Assembly (NCBI GenBank): GCA_963845755.1
Contig: CAWJTV010000033.1
Coordinates: forward strand, 416,001 to 480,000
DNA length: 64,000 bases
Source of the DNA: an uncultured Planctomycetota bacterium
Lineage (GTDB): Bacteria > Planctomycetota > Planctomycetia > Isosphaerales > Isosphaeraceae
Direction: 5' to 3'
Shown here: positions 22,470-34,200 of the stretch, piece after piece
Layout of the letters: each line of letters begins with the position of its first letter
How positions within the stretch are numbered: the first letter of the stretch is position 1
The notes under the pieces: model-generated
Database searches by the model: none
Told to the model about the DNA's origin: nothing
What the model saw: only the letters and a program-made list of their open reading frames with translations
Position numbers and translations under genes: made by a program

Positions 22470-22752
22470 GGGTGGGCGACGCGTCCCCGGGGCATTGCAG
22501 GGGGACCGGGGTTACGACTCGGAGGCGGTACGGCAGGCGTTGCGCGGCCGGGGCATCACTCCGGTGCTGGCGGCTCGGTATACGGAGCATGGCAGCGGCC
22601 TGGGCGTGTCCCGCTGGTTTGTGGAGCGGACCATCGCCTGGCTGCATTCCTTTGGCCGGCTGCGCCGCCGCTTGGACCGACTCACAGAGATTCAAGACGC
22701 ATTCCTCAACTTAGCTTGTTCGTTGATCTTTTTGAAGCTCTCGGGCCGATGA
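22470..22752 (+). mobile_element. IS5-family transposase C-terminal remnant
   Basis: GDRGYDS...RGITPV...HGSGLG..RWFVERTIAWLHSFGRLR. Confidence 0.85.
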
Positions 22753-22968
22753 CCAGCGATTCCGCAACTCGGGGGGTCTTGAGCAACCGAGACGGTCCCC
22801 CGTGCTCAGTTTCGTAGGTTTTCCGGTTTTCCGGCTTGCAGAGGATGGGAGGGAAGCACTTTCGCGACGTGCTCGGGCGCGGACTTGGAGTCGGGGACAG
22901 AGTCTCCTCGGGACCGCCGCCACGGGCATCGTGGCGGGGTCAGGTCGCGGGGCATGCCGGTCCGATCT

Positions 22969-24219
22969 TCAGCGTAGCTCAGGGAGCCCGGACCAACCGA
23001 CCCGACCAGGGCGGCTCGGCAGCCCACCAAGCCTCGATCCAAGGCCCGCGCGAACGCGATCAGTGTCAAGGTCGCGCATCGCCGGCTTGAGGTTCCTCAG
23101 CCAGAAGCTTTGCATCAAGGCATATACCACGAACGACGTCAGCAGGAAATTGACGATCGCCTGAGCCGCGTGCTTGAAGCAGTGGTTCAAACCCCAATGC
23201 GTTGCCAGCGTGTTGAAGCAATCGTTCTCGATGTCCCAGCGGGCATGGCCAAACCGCCACAGCCCGCGCGTCGAGAGCTGGGACTTCGTCAGCGTCGTGG
23301 CCCACGACCAAGTCGTCGTCTCGTCCGTCTCCTGCCACTGGCCGGCGATCCGCTCTCGCTTTCGCACGGTCTCCTCGGTGCGCAAGAACCGCAGCGGTTG
23401 CTGGACGCCTTCGCACGAGGTGAACCCGTCCTCGTCCCAAAACTGCACGGTGCGCCGCGCTTTCTCATCGACCCAACCACCGGGCTGCTGATGGGCAAAC
23501 AACCCCGCCGCGTCCTGCACCAGCAGTCGATTCTCTCCCTTGGCCGTGACGATGACATGCTTCTGATGATCCCGGCAGAAGTTGATGAAGGGCGCGTCGA
23601 AGTACAAGGCGTCGCCGGCCACCACATCGAAGAAGCGAGGATATTGGGTGAACACCCGTTCGAGGAGTCGCTTGGCGGCGGTCTCTTCCCCCTCGCCGGG
23701 CCGGAGCAATTCGACATCCAAGACCAGCGCCAGATCTTGACCGATCAGATGGCAGACCGCCCCCTGATGATAGAATTCCGTCACCTTCTCCCCATCGACG
23801 GTGAGGGTCCGGGTCTGGCAGTCCGGGCAACACCGCTTCCGGCTCGAGAAGAACTCATGGCCGTCCACCGCCGCGACGTACCAGCCCTCGTGGCTGGTCA
23901 ACGCCTTGTTCCGCTTGAGTCGGTGGGCGATGTCGCCGACCATGTCCCTCAGGGGTTGGCTGTCCATCAGCGCATAGATGCGGCCGAGGGAGTCGACGCT
24001 GGGGACCTTCGCCCCCACGATGCCGCGCAGCCGGGCGGGGATGCGCAGGTCCGGCTCGAGGTCATTGAGACTGCGGCGGCGGGTGGCGAAGAGCGTAAAG
24101 GCACTGGCGAAGGCCGCGGCGGTGGGGATGCGAGGCCGGAGCCGAGAGTCGGTCAGGGTGAAGAATCGCTCTCCCAACCCGAAGACCTTCTCGACATAGG
24201 CACAGAATCGTGCCATCAC
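22969..24219 (-). CDS. DDE transposase (IS4-like fold; ISNCY/ISAs1-like)
   Basis: AAVDGHE, VAGDALY, RWDIENDCFNTL DDE motifs; CC..C; probable frameshift near 23070. Confidence 0.88.
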   Translation of the reverse strand: MMARFCAYVEKVFGLGERFFTLTDSRLRPRIPTAAAFASAFTLFATRRRSLNDLEPDLRIPARLRGIVGAKVPSVDSLGRIYALMDSQPLRDMVGDIAHRLKRNKALTSHEGWYVAAVDGHEFFSSRKRCCPDCQTRTLTVDGEKVTEFYHQGAVCHLIGQDLALVLDVELLRPGEGEETAAKRLLERVFTQYPRFFDVVAGDALYFDAPFINFCRDHQKHVIVTAKGENRLLVQDAAGLFAHQQPGGWVDEKARRTVQFWDEDGFTSCEGVQQPLRFLRTEETVRKRERIAGQWQETDETTTWSWATTLTKSQLSTRGLWRFGHARWDIENDCFNTLATHWGLNHCFKHAAQAIVNFLLTSFVVYALMQSFWLRNLKPAMRDLDTDRVRAGLGSRLGGLPSRPGRVGWSGLPELR

Positions 24220-24590
24220 GGTGAAGCGGCCTCCGATCCCGAGGGCGCCTGGCGTCGCGCCAGGGACTGTTTCTGCTGCACGAGGTCCTGGAGGTTGTGC
24301 TGAGAGATCTCCTCAAGCAGTCGCTTGACCCGGCGCCCGGCCTGGACCGCTTGGCGGACCGGGTCGTGGAGGGCCTTGGGGATATAGGTGCCGATCTGCT
24401 TGCCCTCCGAGCGGGTGTAGAGATAGAGAGCCGGATGCTTTTGGCCACGCTGGCACCGGCAATACGGCTTACCACAAGAGCGATACCGAAGCACGAGCGA
24501 GCCGCGGAGAAACGGTTCGTTGGCGAGGATTTGAGCGGCGCGGGAGCGTGCCTGGCGTTCCGGGCTGGAACGTTGAGTCCGTGAAGTCAT
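24216..24590 (-). CDS. DUF6788-like small accessory protein of the IS
   Basis: LRGSLVLRYRSCGKPYCRCQRGQKHPALYL; its stop overlaps the transposase start. Confidence 0.8.
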   Translation of the reverse strand: MTSRTQRSSPERQARSRAAQILANEPFLRGSLVLRYRSCGKPYCRCQRGQKHPALYLYTRSEGKQIGTYIPKALHDPVRQAVQAGRRVKRLLEEISQHNLQDLVQQKQSLARRQAPSGSEAASP

Positions 24591-24769
24591 CGAGGTCTCC
24601 TGTTCTGGGCGAGGAATTATACGCCAGTACAGGTAGCCCAGGTCAAGGGCGCCAGCGAGTGCGAATTTGCTCGGTCTGCGCCGGAGAGCGATAACCGGAA
24701 GACGGATCGGAGGTTATCCCTCCGCAAAAAACTCCATTGCGGAATCGCTGGCCGATGACCTTATTTTTT

Positions 24770-24973
24770 CGACACTCCTCGCCGAACACCACCACGGGAA
24801 GAAGGCGGCCCACTCTCGTTCCCACGCTCCGCGTGGGAATGCCGGGTTCGACGCTCCGCGTCGCGTCGTTGGTCTCCGTCCGGGAAGAGGACGCGGAGCG
24901 TCCCAGACGGCATTCCCACGCGGAGCGTGGGAACGAGGAGGCAACCGGCGGTGGTGTTGAGCGAGGAGTGTCG
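24770..24973. repeat. Nested inverted-repeat element (REP doublet / REPIN-like)
   Basis: Outer 13-bp IR CGACACTCCTCGC / GCGAGGAGTGTCG; inner IR CTCGTTCCCACGCTCCGCGTGGGAATGCCG / CGGCATTCCCACGCGGAGCGTGGGAACGAG. Confidence 0.85.
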
Positions 24974-24984
24974 TTTATTTCGGG

Positions 24985-25925
24985 AACGCCGTCGCCTTCC
25001 GTCCCGATGGCCGCTGGATTGTCGCCGCGAGTGACGACGGTCGGGTCATCGTCTGGGACGTGGAAACCGGCCGCGAGGTGCACACGTTGCTGGGGCACAG
25101 CGGGGAGGTTAACGCGGTCGCCTTCAGCCCCGACGGTCATCGCATCGCCTCGGGCGGGCAAGACGGCACGATCAAGCTCTGGGACGCCGACACGGGTGAA
25201 GAGGTTTTCACACTCCGGGGGCACCTTGATGTCGATTCTCGGACTAGCGTTCAGTCCCGACGGCAACCGGACCGCCTCGGCCAGCACCGACACGACGGTG
25301 AAGATGTGGGATATTTCGTCACCCACCCCCGAGATCGTCGATTCGCCGCCGGGCCCTTGCGCTCGTCGAGCCGCTGTTCACCAAACTCCTCACGAGGGAG
25401 GACGTCCTCGAGAGTCTGCGTAACAATTCCACCCTGAGCGAGCCGGTGCGAACCCAGGCCCTGGCCCTGGCGGAACGTTATCCCGTCGATGCGATGGGCC
25501 TCAACAATGCCAGTTGGAGCGTCGTCCGGCTGCCCGATGCCGAGGCGGCGGCGTATCGCCTGGCCTTGCGACAGGCCGAGGCCGCCTGCCGAAACAGGCC
25601 GGAATACGGCGTATTCCTCAACACTCTCGGGGTAGCCCAGTACCGCGTGGGCCAGTACCGGGAGGCGGCGGCGACGCTGACACACGCTCATGAGCTGAAC
25701 TCGGTCGCGAATCACGGCTCCGACCCAGCGGACCTGGCGTTTCTGGCCATGGCCCAGCACCGCCAGGGACAACCCGAGAACGCCCGTGCGACCCTGAGCT
25801 GGCTGCGCGAGTCGATGAAAGAAACGCGTTGGGCAAATGATCTTGAGTCGCAGGGCTTCCTGAGAGAGGCCGAGGCGTTGGTCCGCCTCGACCCGATCTT
25901 CCCGGCCGACCCATTCGCCCGTTGA
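24985..25925 (+). pseudogene. 5'-truncated WD40 + TPR C-terminus, typical of planctomycete kinase-WD40-TPR proteins
   Basis: GHSGEVNAVAFSPDG..IASGGQDGTIKLWD; LNTLGVAQYR.G; DLAFLAMA; ends DPIFPADPFAR; no N-terminus; frameshifts. Confidence 0.8.
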
Positions 25926-26248
25926 CGCCGGCCGGGGGCTCGGTTCGAACTGACTCGGGGCCACAGCCGCCTGGCCGCAAGCCGCCAGTAACGTTGAAGT
26001 GGACCCCAAATACGGGACCACTCGGGATGTTAAGAGTCGCTTCGGTTTCCGGAGGGTGCCACCGTTGCCAACGGAACCTCCTCGAACCGGTTAGCGTACG
26101 TTCCTGTTCCAATGATAGTGGGACCCCAGATAGGGCAAGGTCAAACCCACGAAGCGGATCGCCCGACACCTATTGCATCCCATCTCGGGGATCGGCGAAT
26201 ATCCGGTGTGGTCATCCCCAGTGCCTTCGATGCTCGGGGTCAGGTCCG

Positions 26249-27277
26249 ATGACAAGCGCAATCACGATCTCCGGTGCCGAGACCATCCGACGACGAGCTC
26301 AGCTCGCGCTGGCCCTCATCCTGCTTGTCGTCACGAACCAACCCTCGCGCGCGGCCGAGCCACGCTTTCTCCTGTCCTGGGGGAAACAGGGAGCCAAACC
26401 CGGCGAGTTCCACTTCCCGATCGGGATCGCCGTCAACCGCTCGGATGAAGTGCTGGTCACGGACCACTATAATCACCGCGTCCAGAAATTCGACCGCGAC
26501 GGCAAGCTGCTGACCGTCATCGCCGTGCTGCCGAACCCGGGCGGCATTGCACTGGACAAGGCGGGGAATCTCTACCTCAGCCACTTCCCGGCTTCGGCGC
26601 GGACCAAGGACACGAACCCCGACCGGCTCACGGTTTACGCTCCCTCCGGCAAGCTTCTCCACGAGTGGGGGAAAACCGGCGCCGGACCCGGTGAATTCAA
26701 TTACCCCGGCGGCCTGGCGATCGCCCCGGACGGCCGCGTCTATATCGCCGATCAGACCAACCACCGCATGCAAGTGCTCGACTCCGACGGCCGGTTCCTC
26801 TTTGCCTGGGGGAAGCACGGAACGAAGCCCGGCGAGTTCGGCGGGAATACCAATCCCAGGTCGCGGGCCGGCGGCCCGGATTTCGTCGCGCTCGACAAGC
26901 GGGGCAACGTCTACACGACCGAAGCCATGGACGGCCGGATCCAGAAATTCACGTCCGACGGTACCTTCCTCCTGGGCTTCGGCACGCTTGAGGATCGCCC
27001 CGGCGGCTTCGGCCGGGACTTCAAGCCCATCGGGAAGATGCACGGCCCGATCGCCATCTGCTGCGACCGCGAAGACCGCCTGTGGATCAGCGCCGCCGGA
27101 GGCAGAGTCCAGCAATTCACGAGCGATGGACGTTATCTGCGCGGCTTCGGTGAACAGGGAAGAGAGCCGGGCCAGTTCCTGGCTCCCCACGGCGTGGCGC
27201 TCGACAGCCACGGGGAACTGTACGTCGTGGACGCCTACAATCACCGCGTTCAGAAGTTTAATGTCGGGGCGCCGTAG
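26249..27277 (+). CDS. Secreted NHL-repeat beta-propeller protein
   Basis: Signal peptide; repeated G..PGEF..P.GIA...VTD.YNHRVQKF. Confidence 0.9.
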   Translation: MTSAITISGAETIRRRAQLALALILLVVTNQPSRAAEPRFLLSWGKQGAKPGEFHFPIGIAVNRSDEVLVTDHYNHRVQKFDRDGKLLTVIAVLPNPGGIALDKAGNLYLSHFPASARTKDTNPDRLTVYAPSGKLLHEWGKTGAGPGEFNYPGGLAIAPDGRVYIADQTNHRMQVLDSDGRFLFAWGKHGTKPGEFGGNTNPRSRAGGPDFVALDKRGNVYTTEAMDGRIQKFTSDGTFLLGFGTLEDRPGGFGRDFKPIGKMHGPIAICCDREDRLWISAAGGRVQQFTSDGRYLRGFGEQGREPGQFLAPHGVALDSHGELYVVDAYNHRVQKFNVGAP

Positions 27278-27354
27278 CGTCGCATTTCTCGCATTCACAG
27301 TTGGGGAGGACGTCAATCGACAGTGGGCGTCTCCCCATAGGGGTTCCGATAGCA

Positions 27355-27503
27355 ACGCCGGCCGTCGAGTCGGAGGCGAACCTGCCCTTGATGCGGCTTA
27401 TCGACGAACAGTTCCTCAGGACCCCGTTCTACGGCAGCCGACGGATGACGATATCTCTGGAGCGTGCCGGGGAGACGGTCAATCGCGAGCGGGTCCAGCG
27501 AGC
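27355..27503 (+). mobile_element. IS3-family transposase remnant
   Basis: ESEANLPLMRLIDEQFLRTPFYGSRRM....VNRERVQR (HTH_21-type segment of OrfB). Confidence 0.8.
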
Positions 27504-27527
27504 GTTTCACGGTTGGATTGCGCACAG

Positions 27528-27625
27528 GCCCCGTCACCCCAACCCTCTCCCCGTGGGGTCGATGGCGACGCATCGCGTCCCCTTCTCCCCCCGGGAGAAG
27601 GTGCCCGAAGGGCGGATGAGGGGGT
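27528..27625. repeat. REP-like GC-rich palindromes
   Basis: CCCCGTCACCCAACCCTCTCCCC and CCTTCTCCCCCCGGGAGAAGGTGCCCGAAGGGCGGATGAGGGG hairpins. Confidence 0.65.
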
Positions 27626-27702
27626 CCCTCCAGCCGAATCGACGGCATGCGCAATGCGCGTGTTCGGCGCTCTCGCCGGCTTGAGTCGCCGGTCGCGGGC
27701 AC

Positions 27703-27993
27703 TCAGGCGATGTTGAGCGGTGCCTCGCGGAGGATGCGGTAGTTGCCCGGCCGAGAGAGCCACGCCGCGGCGAGGACGGCGGCGCCGCCGGTGCATTCGT
27801 CGGGTCCGTCGGAACGGAAGTCCTCCATGCGGATCAACACGGGGAAGACCTCGCGGATCTCGTCGGCGAGCTCGGGGTGGCGGCGGCAGTATTCCTCGAG
27901 GGTGGGCCGCTCGCCGCGGCGCTGACGGCGGAGGAAGTCGTCGGCGAGGGCCTCGACGGGGTTGCGATCACTACTCCTGGAGGAGGTGATCAT
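27703..27993 (-). pseudogene. Truncated third copy of the tandem Ser/Thr kinase
   Basis: DRNPVEALADDFLRRQRRGERPTLEEYCRRHPELADEIREVFP is near-identical to the two upstream kinases; breaks at YRILRE. Confidence 0.9.
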
Positions 27994-30900
27994 GGCTTGG
28001 GTCCCCGTGCGTCGGAAGCCGGCACGTCATCGTCCGGGCCCGATTCGGGCCGGAATGGGTCGGCGGGGAAGCGCTGGTCCATCAGTAGTAATTGGAGCTC
28101 GGATCGACCGCCCAGGATCTGATCGACCATCGCCGTGAGCATGGGTCGCCGGAAGCCCAGCCGGACTGCCTCCCGGACCTCGGCGATCGCGCGCTCGGCG
28201 TGCTGTTGGAGTCCGGGGTGCTCGTCGGGTCGGCCCGGGCCAGCGGGGCGACCCACCGCGAAGAAGAAGGCGTGTGCAGCCCCGAGGCAGAACCTGTTGA
28301 ACACCCAACTGCGAGAGCTTCGACTCCTCAATCGCTGCGGCGGCCTGGTCGGCGGCCCGTGCCGCCTCGTGCACACGACCGGCCCGGAGTTCGATCAACC
28401 CCTCGATCAGCAGGCCCTGGCCTTTGCCGCCAGGAAGCCTGACCTCTGGGCGTGGGGATGTTCGCGGAGGGCCCGCTCCACGACCTCACGCATCCGAACC
28501 GCCGTCCGTCGTGCATCCTCACCGCGGCCCGCGCTCAACTCGACGATCGCGCGGTCCCTGAGCGCATCGACGAAGAATTCCTGGTACCAGAAGTAATCCG
28601 GATGATTCCGGACCAATTCCTGGAGGAGGGCCACACTCCGTTCGCTGTGCTGCAAGGCCTCATCGAGCCGGCGATTTTCCAGGGCACATTGGCCGAGGAT
28701 CTCCTCACTCAGGGACTCTTCGCGAAGGGCGGTCGCCCTCTGATCAGGGGGCAAAGAGCCGATGATTGCGGCCGCCCGGGAAGCGTATCGTCCACCGAGT
28801 GCGAAATCTCCCAATCCCACATAGGAGATGCCGATAAAAGCGAGGGAACCGGCCATGTCAACCCTGTACGAGGTCACGGTGGGATTCGCGTCGGCGAGCT
28901 GCCGGAAGATAGCCAGCCCGCGCTCGACGGCCCGTTTCGCCTCGGTCGCCCGACCGCTGTTGCCGTATGGGTACCAGGAGCTCAGGTAGCTGCGGCCGAG
29001 CCTCTGCCGGTCTGTGTCGCTGGCGAACGGTCCGGATGCGAGCTGCTCGAGGACCGCTTGCGATACCTTCACGGCCTCGGCGGCTTCGTCCTGCCGCCCC
29101 AGGCCAACGAGACTCATCACCAGTCGGTCGAGAGCGGACGCGAGCCCCCGGCGGTACTCGGTCAGCCCATCCACGGCAGTCGGCAGGGTATACGGGGGGG
29201 CATCGCGGATCAGGTCCTCGCAGAGCACCCTCGCCCGTTCGAGCAGGGATATCCCCTCGTCGGGGTGGCCGGATCGATCGAGCAGCCAACCGTCGAGCGA
29301 ATCACACTCGGCCTCCAGCCGCCGGACGCCGCCGTCTGAGGGATTTTCCCGGGCCAGCGGCGCGAGGATCGCCCGCGCCTGGTCCAGTTCGGCCCGGGCC
29401 TCGTCGACTCGAGACTGGGAGTCGAACTGCTCCGCGAGGGCCAGACGGCAACGGCCCAGGTGCCGCCGCGCGGCGGGATCGCTCGGCTGCTCCCGCGCAG
29501 GGCGGGGCGCAGCGCCAGGGCCTCTCGGAGCGACCGGACCGCCTTGTCGGGGGCATCGACCTTGGCGTACAGGATCCCCGCGTCCAACACCGCCTCGGCC
29601 AGGGCCGACCGCGACGCCCGATCCGTCTCGTCCTCCAGTGATGTCCGGAGCTTCTCATAGAATTGCTGCGACTGGCCCAGCAACTTCTTCCGCAGGCCTT
29701 CGAGCGCCTTTTCCTTGAGGATCACGTCCTCGCTGGCGCCGGTGGTGAAGGCGCTGACGGCTTCCATGGCCAGATCGAACCGTGCCTGAGCTTTGCGGTT
29801 GGCCACCCCGGCCGCGGCCAGGTTGGCCTCCGCCTGCCGCCACTGCCAGGACACGGCAACGAGCCCGGCCAGCAGGGCCAGCAGCAGCCCGGCGGCCAGA
29901 GATGTCACCACCGGGTTCCGCCGCCCCCACCGCCACGCCTGCTCCAAGGCGCTCACCCGCCGCGCCTTGATCGGCTTGTCCTCGAGGTACCGCTGCAAGT
30001 CCTCGACCAGGGCCGCGGCAGTCGGGTATCGCCGCCCCGGGTCGCGGTCGATCGCCTTGTGGACAACCGTCTCCAGGTCGCGCGGTAGGTGCGGCACCAG
30101 CCCCCGCAGCCGCTCCGGGACATCGCTCATGACCCGGCGCATCAGCTCGTGGCGGTCGACTGCCGAGAACGCCGGACGCAAGGCCAGCAGCTCGTAGAGG
30201 CTCAGGCCCAGGGCGTACACATCGCTTCGCGCGTCGCACTTGCCAGCGAAGCGCTCTGGGGCCATGTAGCGGACGGTGCCGACGATGTCGCCGGAGTGGG
30301 TGATATCCTCGGCGTCCGCGGCCTTGGCCAAGCCGAAGTCGGCCACCCAGACGTTCCCCTTCGGGTCCAGCAGGAGGTTCGATGGCTTGACGTCACGGTG
30401 CAGGACGCCCTGGCGGTTGGCGTACTCCAGCGCCTCAGCCACCTGGAGCCCGATGCGCGCCACGCTGCGGAAGAAGGTGCGGTCGGGATCGGACCGGGCC
30501 AGCGAGTCGGCCGAGGCGCCAGGCAGGCTGACCACCGAGGATTCCGCCGGCCTCGGCGCGAGGGTGGCGGGCCGCACGAGCGGGGCCGACACCGAGGCCG
30601 CCAGCGTGGTCCCGGGCTGGGGTACCCCGTCGGCCCCTCCGGCCGGCGAGAACCGCCCGGTGAGGATTGCCTCGGCGACTTCCGCCGCGCTGACCGCCCC
30701 GTTTGAGGGGGCGCGCCCTCCCGGTGGGCCGGTGCTCCCGGCGCCCTGCCGCAGCCGGCGCAACTCCTCCAGCACGGCGTCCAGGCCCATGCCGGGGATG
30801 AACTGCATCACGTAGTAATGGTGCCCCTCGTCCCGCCCCACACCGAAGACCGGCACGATGTTGGTGTGGTGCAGCCGCGCCGCGGCCCGCGCCTCCCGTT

Positions 30901-31291
30901 GGAACCGCAGCACCTGCTGCGCATCCGACAGCGCCGCATCAGGCAGGACCTTGAGGGCGACGCGTCGGCCGAGCGACTCCTGCTCGGCCTCGTAGACCAC
31001 GCCCATGCCGCCCCGGCCGACCTCGCGGAGGATGCGGTAGTCGCCAAGCCGCTCCAACCGCGTCGCGGTGTGGACGGGTACGCCGCCGGTGGAGTCGTCG
31101 GGGCCGTCGGAGCGGAGGTCCTCCATGCGGATCAACACAGGGAAGACCTCGCGGATCTCGTCGGCGAGCTCGGGGTGTCGCCGGCAGTAGTCCTCGAGCG
31201 TGGGCCGCTCGCCGCGCCGCTGGCGGCGGAGGAAGTCGTCGGCCAGGGCCTCGACGGGGTTGCGATCCTGGCTGGTGCCGGAGGCGGTCAT
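27990..31291 (-). CDS. Membrane Ser/Thr kinase with TPR-like C-terminal region, copy 2 (several apparent frameshifts)
   Basis: GRGGMGVVY, HRDVKPSNLL, DFGLAK, YMAPE; TM LAAGLLLALLAGLVAVSWQW; continues via ORFs 28407-29228 and 27990-28376 to DQRFPADPF. Confidence 0.88.
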
Positions 31292-34200
31292 GACCTGGGT
31301 CCTCGTGGGTTGGAGGCCGGCTCGTCATCGTCCGAGCCCGGTTCGGGCCGGAACGGATCGGCGGGGAAGAGCTGGTCCATGAGCAAGTTCCGCAGCTCGG
31401 GCCGGTCGGGCAAGAGGCTGACGGCCATCACCGAAAGGTCGGGACGTCGGAATCCCCTCCGGTCCGCTTCGAGCATGTCGGTGACCGCGCGATCGGCATT
31501 CGCACGGAGGCCGGGGGGCTCGGCCGGGCGGCTCGGTCCCGCGGGCCGGCCCGAGACGAACAAGAGGGCGTGCGCAGCCCCCCGGGAAAACAGGTCCGCG
31601 GAGAACAATGGCGTCGGCAAGCCGTCGATCTCGGTCGCGGCCCGGTCGGCGGCCCCGGACGCCGCGGGCAGGCGGCCGACCCGTATGAGGATGTAGCTTT
31701 CGAGTAACAGCCCAGAGATCAGGTGGCTCCGAACGTACCGCCTCCTGGGGTACTTGTGGAGGAATTCCTCGGTGAGTTCGCGGTGACGGTGCAAGCTCCC
31801 CAGGGCCTCCTCCGGCCGGCCAACGTTCAGCTCGATCAACGCTCGGACTACCGGCAACTCCGCGAAGGGTATCTGAAGTTGGATTGAGTCGGGAAAAGCC
31901 CGCACCGACTCCTCGCAGATGGCGATGGCCCGGTTGATGTGCCGGAGCGCCTCGCCCAGATGTCCGTCTCGGAAGTCGCAGAGGGCCAGGGCCCGCTCGG
32001 CGTCCAGCCCGCCAAGGGACTCAGCCGCGCCCTGCTGTTCCCGGGGAAGGGTTCGCAGAAGGGCAAGGGCCCTCAGGGCGTACGCCCGAGCTTTGCCCGA
32101 GTTCCCCGAGTCGCCATGGAGGCCGCCGGCGGTCGCGAGGGCCTCGGCCTGGCCCCGCTCATAGGAGGCCACCGTCGGGTTCGCTTCGGCGAGCCTCCGG
32201 AAGATCTCCCCCGCGCGTTCGGCCCTGCGAATCTGCTCCTCAGGATGATCTCGATACCCGTACGACGCGACGCTCATCGAATATCCTTGGGCGAGGTTTT
32301 GCCAGTCGCCGTCCTCGGCGAACGGCCCGGCGGTCAGGTCCTCGAGAACCCGCCACTGCCGTTCCCAGGCGACCTGGGCGCGCTCCACCTCGCCATCATT
32401 GAGCCAGGAGTGTGCCGTCCGGACCAGCGCCTCGGCCAGCCCCCGGCGGTACTCCGTCTGGCCGTCCGCGGTCGTGACAAGGGTATAGGGCGGGTCGTCG
32501 TGGATGAGTGCCTCGAAGATCGCCGTCGCTCGCTCCAGCGCCACCCGCCCCTCCTCCGTGCGGCCGGATCCCACCGACACGAAGCCGTCGAGCGACTCGC
32601 ACTCGGCCAGCAGCCGCCGGGCGCCGCCATCGCCGGGCCGCTCGCGCGCGAGCGGTTCGAGGACGTCGCGGGCTCGAGCCAGCTCGGCCAGCGCCTCGGG
32701 GTATCTCTGCAGCGACGACGAGCCGAGCAATCCCGCCAGCGCGAGCCGGGCGCGGCCGAGGTCGCGGCGGGTGGTCGGCTCGCCCGGCTGATCGCGCACC
32801 AAGGACTCCCGCAACGCCAGCGCCTCGCGGAACGCCTGCTCCGCCTTCGCCGGTGCGTCCACCTTGGCGTACAACGAGCCCGCGTCACAGAGCGCCTCGG
32901 CCAGCGCCGACCGCGACGCCGGGTCGGTCTCTCCCTCCAGCGAATCCTTGAGGCGCTCGTAATACCGTTGTGATTGTCCCAGCAGCTTCTTTCGCAGTCC
33001 CTCCAGGGCCTTCTCCTTGAGGATCACGTCCTCGCTGGCGCCGGTGGTAAAAGCCCGCACCGCCTCCATCGCCAGGTCGAACCGCGCCCGCGCCTTGCGG
33101 TTGGCCGCCTCCGCTGCGATCAGGTTGGCGACCGCCTGCCGCCACTGCCAGGTCACCCCGATCAATCCCGTAACCAGGGCCACCATCAACCCCGTGGCCA
33201 GCGACGCCACCGCCGGGTTCCGCCGCGCCCACCGCCACGCCTGCTCGGCCGCGGTGACCCGCCGCGCCCGGATCGGCTTGTCGTCCAGGAACCGTTGCAG
33301 GTCCTCGGCCAGCGCCGCGGCCGTCGGATACCGCCGAGCTGGGTCGCGGTCGATCGCCTTCTGCACAATCGTTTCGAGATCCCGCGGTAACTGCGGCACC
33401 CGGACCCGCAGCCGCTCGGGCTCCTCGCTCATCACCCGCTGCATCAGTTCGTGGCGGTCGGCCGCGGCGAAGGCGGGCTGAAGGGTCAGGAGCTCGTAGA
33501 GCGTCAGCCCCAGGGCGTAGACGTCGCTCCGTGCATCACATCTCCCTCGGAACCGCTCGGGGGCCATGTAACGGACGGTGCCGATGATGTCGCCGGAGTG
33601 GGTGATGTCCTCGGCGTCGGCCGCCTTGGCCAACCCGAAGTCGGCCACCCAGACGTTGCCCCTGGGATCCAGCAGGAGGTTCGACGGCTTGACGTCGCGG
33701 TGCAGGATGCCCTGTCGGTTGGCGTACTCCAGCGCCTCGGCGACCTGGAGGCCGATTCGCGCCACGCTGCGGAAGAAGGTGCGGTCGGGGTCGAAGCGGG
33801 CCAGCGAGTCGGCCGAGGCGCCGGGCAGGCTGACCACCGAGGATTCCGCCGGCTTCGGCGCGAGGGTGTCGGGCCGGGCCAGCGGGGCCGACGCGGAGGC
33901 CGCCAGCGTGGTCCCGGGCCGGGGTCCCCCGTCGGCCCCTCCGGCCGGCGAGAACCGGCCGGTGAGGATTGCCTCGGCGACTTCCGCCGCACTGACCGCC
34001 CCGTCGGATCGGCCGCGGCCCGCCGGCGGGCTCGCGCTGGCGGCGCCCCGCCGCAGCCGGCGCAATTCCTCGAGGACGGCGTCCAGGCCCATGCCGGGGA
34101 TGAACTGCATCACGTAATAGTGATGGCCCTCGTCTCGCCCCACGCCGAAGACCGGGACGATGTTGGTGTGGTGCAGCCGCGCCGCCGCCCGCGCCTCCCG

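Larger units (their letters stand above)
22754..24750 (-). mobile_element. Complete 1,997-bp insertion sequence with two ORFs
   Basis: Perfect 14-bp TIRs CAGCGATTCCGCAA (22754-22767) and TTGCGGAATCGCTG (24737-24750); 9-bp direct repeats GCCGATGAC at 22745-22753 and 24751-24759. Confidence 0.95.
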
